DNA of 64,000 nucleotides from an uncultured beta proteobacterium (GTDB taxonomy: Bacteria; Pseudomonadota; Gammaproteobacteria; Burkholderiales; Rhodocyclaceae): the NCBI GenBank assembly GCA_947084915.1, contig CAMTUN010000030.1:17395-81394 (forward strand), given 5' to 3'. Each line of letters begins with the position of its first letter. The stretch's first letter is position 1. This document shows positions 57,059-64,000 of this stretch, in pieces. The notes beneath the pieces were generated by a model. That model was not told the DNA's origin. It saw only the letters and a program-made list of their open reading frames with translations, and ran no database searches. The position numbers and the translations under genes were made by a program.

Positions 57059-58302
57059 TGCTCTTCTCCCTTGCGCCCGGTCGTAATCCCCAGCGCCTTA
57101 AGCTTGCGGTAGAGATGGGTTCGCTCCAGGCCTGTTTTCTCCGCAAGACGCGTCATGTTGCCGCCCTCGCTTTGCAGGTGGTGCTCAAAATAGACGCGCT
57201 CGAATGCCTCGCGCGCCTCGCGCAGCGGCAGATCGAGCGGCAAGGCCTGCGCAGCGGCGGAAGGTTGCGGCGCCAGCAGGCTCGACACCTCCTCGGCAGC
57301 CACCTCCTCCTCCAGCGCGCCCAGTGCCAGCGAACGCACGGCATTTCTCAACTCCGCGTAACCGCCTGTCCATGTCTGATTGCGCAGGGCATTCAGCGCC
57401 GCCGTGGACAGGCGTTTCAGCGGCACCTCGCCGGCCTCGACCAGGTGGGTAAGAATTTGCGCGGCAATTTCCGGCACTTCGTCCTTCAGCTCGGCCAGAC
57501 CCGGTGCGCCGAGACTGACTTCCGCCAGACGGCGCAGCAGCGCCTCATCGAAACCCGCCGTCGCCAGCTCGGCGGTGCTATGGATGCTGGCGGCCACCAG
57601 ATGCAGGTCGTATTTCTCCAGTCGGTCGAGCGCGAAAGCGAGATTCTTCTGCTGCAGGCGGGACAGCGCCGTCAGCTCGGCGGCAAACAACATGCCCCCC
57701 GCTGCCTGCTCAAGCGCCTCGATCGCCAACGGCTGGCCGTGATTGGCCAGGTCGAGCCATGTTTTGCCCGGCATCTGCAGGCTGCGCGCACACAATTCCG
57801 CAAGACTGCCCGCCCCGCTCTTCAGCATCAACACGCGGCTTTTCGCGGCGACCTGGTCGAGTCGTTTTTTCAGGTCCCGCAGCGGCGCGGAGCGGGCGAA
57901 CGCCACCAGGGTCAGCTCGCTTCGCCGTCCTGTGGAGACTGACTTTTGCAGGGCGCGCTTGACGGCCGAGAGCAGCTTCTGCAGGGCAATCGGCTTTTCC
58001 AGAAAGTCCTGCGCGCCGATGCGCGTGGCCTCCACCGCCGTATCGATGGTGCCGTGGCCCGACATCATCACCACCGGCATGTTGAGCTGGCCGGCGGCGG
58101 ACCATTCCTTGAGCAGCGTAATACCGTCTGTATCCGGCATCCAGATGTCGAGCAGCACGAGGTCGGGTCGAGCAGCATTGCGCGCCGCACGCGCCGCCGC
58201 GGCGTTCTCGGCCAACTGCACGTCGTAGCCCTCGTCGCGAAGGATTTCCGAGAGCAGCTCGCGAATGCCGACTTCGTCATCAACTACCAGTATGTTTGCC
58301 AT
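57055..58302 (-). CDS. NtrX-like response regulator (REC, degenerate AAA+, Fis-HTH)
   Basis: LLDIWMP, EKP, LERTHLYRKL; no GAFTGA motif. Confidence 0.88.
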   Translation of the reverse strand: MANILVVDDEVGIRELLSEILRDEGYDVQLAENAAAARAARNAARPDLVLLDIWMPDTDGITLLKEWSAAGQLNMPVVMMSGHGTIDTAVEATRIGAQDFLEKPIALQKLLSAVKRALQKSVSTGRRSELTLVAFARSAPLRDLKKRLDQVAAKSRVLMLKSGAGSLAELCARSLQMPGKTWLDLANHGQPLAIEALEQAAGGMLFAAELTALSRLQQKNLAFALDRLEKYDLHLVAASIHSTAELATAGFDEALLRRLAEVSLGAPGLAELKDEVPEIAAQILTHLVEAGEVPLKRLSTAALNALRNQTWTGGYAELRNAVRSLALGALEEEVAAEEVSSLLAPQPSAAAQALPLDLPLREAREAFERVYFEHHLQSEGGNMTRLAEKTGLERTHLYRKLKALGITTGRKGEEQ

Positions 58303-58309
58303 GTATTCT

Positions 58310-58419
58310 TACCATCCCCCCGCCCCCTTCCCACGGAAGGGGGTGACGGTTGTTCGCCGCAATGCGGCTCCATGCCTTTGGCTGCGCCGCCCTTGGGGCG
58401 GCCCGGCGGGCGGCGCTCA
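58310..58419 (-). repeat. Composite of a partial element A arm and a REP-like hairpin
   Basis: TGAGCGCCGCCCGCCGGGCCGCCCCAAGGGCG starts at the sensor stop; CCCCCTTCCGTGGGAAGGGGG hairpin. Confidence 0.6.
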
Positions 58420-60525
58420 GGCCGCCAACGGCAGCCGTATCCTGACCTGCGCGCCATGCGGCGCGGTGTTGGCAATCTCGATCAGGCCGTGGTGCTCGTC
58501 CACGATCTTCTTGACGATGGCCAGACCCAACCCGGTGCCTTTCGCCTTGGTCGTCACGTAGGGCTCGAAAGCGCGGGCAAGTATTTCCTTGGGAAAGCCG
58601 CTGCCATTGTCGCTCACCGCCAACACGGCGCCGCGCCCTTCCGCGCGGGTGCTGATGCGAATCTCCGGCTCTACCACCTCGGCCAGTGCATCCTCGGCGT
58701 TGGCAACCAGATTGTGAATTACCTGGCGCAACTGCGCCGCATCCCCGGCCACGCGCGGCAGGCCATTGGCCAGATCCACCGACAGGCATGCGCGCGACGT
58801 TTCATAAAGGCCGAGCACTTCCTCGACGAGCGCATTGAGATCGAGTGCGCCGAGCTGCGGGGGCGGCATCCGAGCGTAGTCGCGGAAGTCGTTCACCATG
58901 TGCTTCATGGCCTCGACCTGGTTCACGATGGTCTGCGTCGCGCGCTCCAGTATGTCGCGTTCGGCGCCCTCCAACTTGTCCGCCAGCTTGTGCGCCAGCC
59001 GTTCGGCAGAGAGCTGGATCGGGGTGAGCGGATTCTTGATCTCGTGGGCGAGGCGTTGTGCCACTTCGCCCCAGGCAGCCGAGCGCTGCGCGGCAATGAG
59101 CTGGGTGATGTCGTCGAACACCACCACGCAGCCGCCGCCCGAAGTCTCCGGCAGGCGCGAACCGCGCAGCAGCAGCGCCTGCGGCACGCCGGCGCCGTTC
59201 TGCATCTCGATCTCGGACTGCCACTCGCCCGACCGCTCGGTGCAGCCGGCAGCGATGGCGTCGCGCAAGGTGAGATGCTGCGTCCAGCTGGCCAGAGGCT
59301 GCCCTTCCTCTTCGGCCAGATCGTCGCGCAGGATGGCGCGGGCGCCGTTGTTGGCGGCTCGCAACCGGCTTTCAACATCGAAGGCCAGCACGCCTGCCGA
59401 CAAATTGCCCAGCACGCTTTCCAGGTAGGCGCGGGCGGCTTCCGTCTCGGCCCGGCTTTTTTCCGCCTGTGCGCGTGCTTCGTCCAGCTGACGCGTCATT
59501 TGACTGAAGGACTGCGTCAGCACGCCCAGTTCGTCGCGCGTGGAAACCGTCTCGCGCGGCGAATAGTCGCCCGCCGCCACCGCCTCGGTGCCGCGGGCGA
59601 GAATGGACAGCGGGGCGCTCAGTCTGCGCGCCAGCAGGAAGGCCAGCGCAATGGCGGCAAACAGCGAGAGCAGCAGCGCCAGGGTCAGCGTCAGGAAGTA
59701 CATCCACTTCAGGCTGCTTTTCGCCAGCGACAGTTCCTGGTAGTCCCGATAGACCGCCTGCACGCTCTCGGCACTGGCGGCGATCGAGGCCGGCACCGGC
59801 TGGGACAGCTGCAGCACCTGCGTCTCGCCGGAAAATGAGCGCGAGGCCACCGGCACCAGCACACGCAGCATCAGCCCGGTGGTGGCATCGCCTTCCACCG
59901 TGGAGAGGCTGCGGCCCGGGCGCGTCTGCCTCAGTTGCACAGGTGTGGGCAGATCGGGCAGCAGCGCAGCGCGCTCGGCTGAGGAGCTGCTGGCGACAAC
60001 CTGTCCGCCAGCCGAGAGCAGGGTGGCGGTCTGCACACCGGCTTGTTCACGCAGACGGTTCAGTTGCGCCGGGCGCGCGGCGTCCGTCGCATCGCCGAGA
60101 TCAAGCGCCATGGTGCGCCCCTTCTCCGACAGATCTGCAAGCAGATAGTCGAGCGCATTGCGTCCCAGATTGAGGCCGCCCTCCAACGCCTTATCCACCC
60201 GCACGTCGAACCAGGACTCGATGCTCTTCACGGCGAACTGCAGCGATACGGCATATACCAGCACACCGGGGCCGACGGCCATCAGCGCAAACATCAGCAT
60301 CAGGCGCAGCTTGAGGCGCGAGCCGAAGGTCTGGGCGCGGTGTTCGCGCCAGAGCTGGCGCAATTGCCACAGCACCAGGCCAAGCAGCGTGGCGGCAGCG
60401 GCGGCGGTAAAACCCAGCAGCAGGCGGTATTGGCCAGCGAAGAGCGCTGTGTTGGCGGAAGCCGACGTCAGCAGGAAGAGCAGGATGGCGGCAAAGGCCG
60501 CTGCAATAAAGAGGAGGACTCTCAT
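58417..60525 (-). CDS. NtrY-like sensor histidine kinase (HAMP, PAS)
   Basis: AHEIKNPLTPIQL H-box, DNGSG, FEPYVTTK, GTGLGL. Confidence 0.93.
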   Translation of the reverse strand: MRVLLFIAAAFAAILLFLLTSASANTALFAGQYRLLLGFTAAAAATLLGLVLWQLRQLWREHRAQTFGSRLKLRLMLMFALMAVGPGVLVYAVSLQFAVKSIESWFDVRVDKALEGGLNLGRNALDYLLADLSEKGRTMALDLGDATDAARPAQLNRLREQAGVQTATLLSAGGQVVASSSSAERAALLPDLPTPVQLRQTRPGRSLSTVEGDATTGLMLRVLVPVASRSFSGETQVLQLSQPVPASIAASAESVQAVYRDYQELSLAKSSLKWMYFLTLTLALLLSLFAAIALAFLLARRLSAPLSILARGTEAVAAGDYSPRETVSTRDELGVLTQSFSQMTRQLDEARAQAEKSRAETEAARAYLESVLGNLSAGVLAFDVESRLRAANNGARAILRDDLAEEEGQPLASWTQHLTLRDAIAAGCTERSGEWQSEIEMQNGAGVPQALLLRGSRLPETSGGGCVVVFDDITQLIAAQRSAAWGEVAQRLAHEIKNPLTPIQLSAERLAHKLADKLEGAERDILERATQTIVNQVEAMKHMVNDFRDYARMPPPQLGALDLNALVEEVLGLYETSRACLSVDLANGLPRVAGDAAQLRQVIHNLVANAEDALAEVVEPEIRISTRAEGRGAVLAVSDNGSGFPKEILARAFEPYVTTKAKGTGLGLAIVKKIVDEHHGLIEIANTAPHGAQVRIRLPLAA

Positions 60526-61133
60526 TTCTCTGTAGTCGCTGCTGACGGCGTGAAGTGCCAGCGCTTCACCTCGGCTGCGATGTTCCAGTCCTTGTTGCCG
60601 ATGGTGCCGACCTGCAGAGGCTTGGGCAACTGGGTCAGATCCAGCTTCAGGCGCAGCGCCGCGTTGTGGGGCTCGCCGATCTTCAGCACGCCTTTGTCCG
60701 CCACCTGCCAGTTGCGTAGCCGCGCCAGCACGCCGAGTGCCTCTTCCAGCGTGGCAAAGTTCTGATGCAGCGCGCCGGAAGACAGGCGGTACTGCCGGGT
60801 CAGGGCATGATAGGAAAGTCGCCAGGTCTGCTTTTTCCCGGCGACATGCTCGTCCACCCAGTACCAGCGCGTCTTGGTCAACTCGAATTCGGCGACAAAA
60901 TAGAGCGGCACGCCGCGCGAGACGACTTCCTCCAGGCGTTGGCCGAGATCAATGCCGAACTCGGCATCCAGCAACCAGGACTCCTCGCCGGGCGTAATCT
61001 CGGCGCTCTTCACCTCGATCTCGGCGGCGCCGGCCAACGAAGCGAACGACAGCAGCGCCGCCAGCGCCACACCGCGGCACCACGCCAGCAGGCTAGGCCT
61101 GCTTTTCCAGCAGCGCATAGTAGAAACCGTCAT
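60522..61133 (-). CDS. DUF4390 domain protein
   Basis: RGVPLYF, LSYHALTRQYR, LPKPLQV; typical position between rsmB and the sensor. Confidence 0.88.
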   Translation of the reverse strand: MTVSTMRCWKSRPSLLAWCRGVALAALLSFASLAGAAEIEVKSAEITPGEESWLLDAEFGIDLGQRLEEVVSRGVPLYFVAEFELTKTRWYWVDEHVAGKKQTWRLSYHALTRQYRLSSGALHQNFATLEEALGVLARLRNWQVADKGVLKIGEPHNAALRLKLDLTQLPKPLQVGTIGNKDWNIAAEVKRWHFTPSAATTEK

Positions 61134-62385
61134 GTTCCTCGGTGGGCAGCAGCTTCAGTTCGGGCAACCCGGCGATGGGCAGTCTCATGCAGTCTTCTTG
61201 TCGCGCGGCGAAAGCCACGACCTGGCGACAGTTTTCCTCGGGAAAGAGCGAGCATGTCGCATACAGCAATTTACCACCGGGCGCGAGCACCCGCCACAAC
61301 GCGTCGAGGATTTCGCCCTGCACACGCGTGAACTGCGCGATGTCCCTTTCGCGCCGCAACCACTTCGCGTCCGGGTGGCGGCGCACGACACCTGTGGCGG
61401 AACAGGGCACGTCGGCGAGAATGCGGTCGAATTCGCGGCCGTCCCACCAGCCGTTCACATCGCGGCAGTCGGCCGGCAGGACGCTGGCCTGCAAGCCGAG
61501 GCGCAGCAGATTCTCCGAAACGCGCACGGCACGGCCGGCATCGGCATCCAGCGCCAGCAAATCGACCTGGGCGGTTTCAAGAATGTGCGCCGTCTTGCCG
61601 CCCGGCGCGGCGCAGGCATCCAGCACGCGCATATCGTCATGCACATCCAGCAACAGCGCCGCGCGTTGAGCGCCGGCGTCCTGCACCGAGCACAGCCCCT
61701 CGGCAAAACCAGGCAAGCGCTCCACCGGCACCGGGCGCTCGAGCAAGAACGCGCCGCCATCCAGCAGTCGCGCCGCGACGCCCGCGCCGGCAAGGCTCAC
61801 CTGAAAGTCAGTCGCTGTAATACGGCGACGATTTTCCCGCAGCGCCATCGGCGGGCGCCCATTGCCGGCTTCGAGAATCTTTTGCCAGTGTTCAGGATGG
61901 GCGTTGCGCAGCCGCGCGATCCACCAGTGCGGATGCTGCCAGTGCGCCACCTCGTCCTTCGCGGCTGCTGCGGTCAATTCATCGCGGCGGCGCAGGAAAT
62001 TGCGCAGCACGCCGTTCACAAGCGCCTTGTACTTCCCCCGCGCGACTGCGCCCGCCGCCATCACCGCCTGGTTCACGATGGTATGCGCCTCATCGGGCCG
62101 CGCCTCCAGTCGCGCCAAGGCAACGATCAGCAAGGCACGCACGGCTGGCGCCGGCGGCTTTTCCATCAGTTGCGTCAGGAAGAAATCGTCACGCCCGCAG
62201 CGGCGCAAAGCCGTGTAGGCGAGATCCTGCACGGCGCCGCGCGTACCGGATGGCAAGCCGGGATGCGCCCGCCAGCATTGCGCCAGCGCCTCGTTCAGGC
62301 TGCGTCCGGCGACCACCTCGCCAACGGCTACGGCAGCCTGCTGAAAAGCGAAAGCGAGGGAATCGGGTTGAACGTTGAGGGTCAT
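61093..62385 (-). CDS. rsmB: 16S rRNA m5C967 methyltransferase
   Basis: NusB-like N-terminus, QD, DACAAPGGKT, DVPCSATG, YATCS; start uncertain. Confidence 0.95.
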   Translation of the reverse strand: MTLNVQPDSLAFAFQQAAVAVGEVVAGRSLNEALAQCWRAHPGLPSGTRGAVQDLAYTALRRCGRDDFFLTQLMEKPPAPAVRALLIVALARLEARPDEAHTIVNQAVMAAGAVARGKYKALVNGVLRNFLRRRDELTAAAAKDEVAHWQHPHWWIARLRNAHPEHWQKILEAGNGRPPMALRENRRRITATDFQVSLAGAGVAARLLDGGAFLLERPVPVERLPGFAEGLCSVQDAGAQRAALLLDVHDDMRVLDACAAPGGKTAHILETAQVDLLALDADAGRAVRVSENLLRLGLQASVLPADCRDVNGWWDGREFDRILADVPCSATGVVRRHPDAKWLRRERDIAQFTRVQGEILDALWRVLAPGGKLLYATCSLFPEENCRQVVAFAARQEDCMRLPIAGLPELKLLPTEEHDGFYYALLEKQA

Positions 62386-62578
62386 GCCAGCCGGCAACAT
62401 ACACCATCGCGTGCCAGCCAGATAGTCCGCGCGCATGTCCGATTTTGGCGTTAGCATCAGCCGCGGCGATCCGTGCCTGGCACATGCCTACCACGGCTTC
62501 AACGGCATCGAAACAGGGGTTGTGGGCAAGATCGCCGCATGGATCACCGCGAAATAATTGAAAGGATGGGTTGAATCC

Positions 62579-63394
62579 ATGCTTGACCGAACAAGACTGC
62601 ATGCTTCCCTGCTAATCGTTTTTCTCTCCACGCCGGCCTTCATCCTGCCGGTCAAAGCGCAAATGCGCGGCAAGATGGGCGAGCGTGCCGCACCGTCAGC
62701 GGAAGGACGCGAGAGCAATTTGAAGGCGACCGGCCTGACACCGGCTTTCCCGGCGGATCACGCATGCGAGCCGATCTCCTCCGGCTTCGCTTCGCCTTAC
62801 CGGTATGACGGCAGTCGCCGCCCGGCCAATCGTAACGGCGGCCTGCACGGCGGCACCGACATCACGCTGAAGGTGGGCGCGCCGCTGCTGGCTATCGCCG
62901 GCGGCAAGGTGATCGCCAAGGGTGCGGGCGGCCAGATGGAGGGCAACTTCCTCTGGCTGCAACATGCGCCGGAACACACGGGGTTTCCCTTCTGGGTGCA
63001 CTCCAAGTATCAGCACCTGGCTGAAGTGCCGGCCCTCAATATCGGCGATTCGGTGCAGGTCGGCCAGGCCATTGCCCTGGCCGGCGGCACCGGCACGGCA
63101 GGAGGGCATTACGGAGCGGCCGGCTATCCGCATTTGCATCTAACCACCCACATAGGCCCGAGCGGAGAATTCGAGTTGGCCGGCGCCTACCATTCCATGG
63201 TCAGGGCGCGCGACGCGCAGAACAGCGATCTGTTGCTGCTTTTCCTGCCGAGCGACGCAGACAGGGCGGCGCCGGAATCCCTGCCTGAGGAACGCAAACG
63301 GGTGCCGATCGCCATCGTCGGCGTGGGCGGTTCGATTCGTCCATCCGGCAGCAAGGTGGTCTGGCCGGTGGCTTGCCAGGCCAAGGGTGGCTGA
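62579..63394 (+). CDS. Exported M23-family metallopeptidase
   Basis: Signal peptide, HGGTD (HxxxD), YQHL, PHLH. Confidence 0.88.
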   Translation: MLDRTRLHASLLIVFLSTPAFILPVKAQMRGKMGERAAPSAEGRESNLKATGLTPAFPADHACEPISSGFASPYRYDGSRRPANRNGGLHGGTDITLKVGAPLLAIAGGKVIAKGAGGQMEGNFLWLQHAPEHTGFPFWVHSKYQHLAEVPALNIGDSVQVGQAIALAGGTGTAGGHYGAAGYPHLHLTTHIGPSGEFELAGAYHSMVRARDAQNSDLLLLFLPSDADRAAPESLPEERKRVPIAIVGVGGSIRPSGSKVVWPVACQAKGG

Positions 63395-63411
63395 CCCCCG
63401 CCTGCTTGCGC

Positions 63412-63807
63412 CTATCTCACCGGCCGGTCGCGTGAGGGAATGCGATAGAGATACGTGGCGAGGAGCAGGCCAAAGCAGGCCAGCGCCACCTGCAGTTCGG
63501 GCCAGGGTACGAAGAAAACGATGGAAATGCCCAATGTCGCGACCATCAGGGCGATGGCAGTAAGCTTGGCGCGCCAGGGGATGCTGCGGTAGCGCCGCCA
63601 TTCGAGGATGGTCGGACCGAAAGCCGGATTGTTCAGCAACCAGTTGTAGAAGCGGCTGGAAGCGCGGGCATAGCATCCGGCGGCCAGCAGCATGAAGGGG
63701 GTCGTCGGCAGCACGGGGAGAAAGACACCGGCGATTCCCAGCAGCATGAACAGGGTGCCCAGACTGGCAAACAGCAGGCGCATGGCCGGCGAATCGTGCC
63801 GGTTCAT
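63412..63807 (-). CDS. YbaN (DUF454) membrane protein
   Basis: LPVLPTTPFMLLAA, FGPTILEW, IPWRAK. Confidence 0.9.
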   Translation of the reverse strand: MNRHDSPAMRLLFASLGTLFMLLGIAGVFLPVLPTTPFMLLAAGCYARASSRFYNWLLNNPAFGPTILEWRRYRSIPWRAKLTAIALMVATLGISIVFFVPWPELQVALACFGLLLATYLYRIPSRDRPVR

Positions 63808-63933
63808 TTCAGCACTGTAGTCGATTCTTTCCCGGGTTTTTCGCATGGCAGCGGGGATTCTACGCCCCGACCGACCTCTAGGCGCAACCGGGGGCACAAG
63901 TGCGCCAATCCGCCGCAGTCTTGTCCCGTGACA

Positions 63934-63962
63934 TTGCATTTATAGGTAAATTCCCTTATTCT
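63934..63962 (+). promoter_or_regulatory. Putative sigma70 promoter for a gene starting at ~63988
   Basis: TTGCAT-N17-TATTCT; ATG at 63988 runs off the window. Confidence 0.45.
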
Positions 63963-64000
63963 GCGTGGCCTTACGTAATTAATAACCATGTCGCCAAAAG

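Noticed and set aside
57055-58302. Degenerate AAA+ domain as a pseudogene or novelty
   Set aside because: Intact ORF; loss of GAFTGA is expected for NtrX-like regulators in this conserved locus

Overview
GC-rich chromosomal backbone of a betaproteobacterium, most likely Rhodocyclales/Sterolibacteriaceae-like. This is inferred from gene content and order such as TorF-glnK-amtB, betaproteobacterial gshA, DUF1840 and rsmB-DUF4390-sensor-regulator-trkA-trkH-hemE-priA. About 65 mostly housekeeping genes are present, including gatB, pyrE/xth, metXW, PTS, gshAB, purU, amtB, ppk2, comM, metH, priA, hemE, trkAHH and rsmB. Unusual structure overlaid on this backbone: (1) a 27-nt palindromic micro-insertion, stop-free in all six frames, found four times, including in-frame inside apbE and nested inside other repeats, always in the sense orientation; (2) an operon-junction ATG...TGA mini-ORF repeat; (3) a ~6 kb integrase-less islet bounded by duplicated comM 3' ends, carrying an FNR/DNR-boxed module (Tat-exported tandem NarX/McpN-like sensor, heme-c GGDEF-EAL protein, CZB protein) plus toxin-antitoxin (TA) genes; (4) a ~52% GC recoded patch inside gatB; (5) two SAM-II riboswitches coupled to intrinsic terminators; (6) a DARS/oriC-like DnaA-box cluster between priA and hemE; (7) an IS1595 element, a MITE in higA, an orphan adenine MTase and several internally deleted genes. 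All calls come from reading the sequence; no database searches were run.
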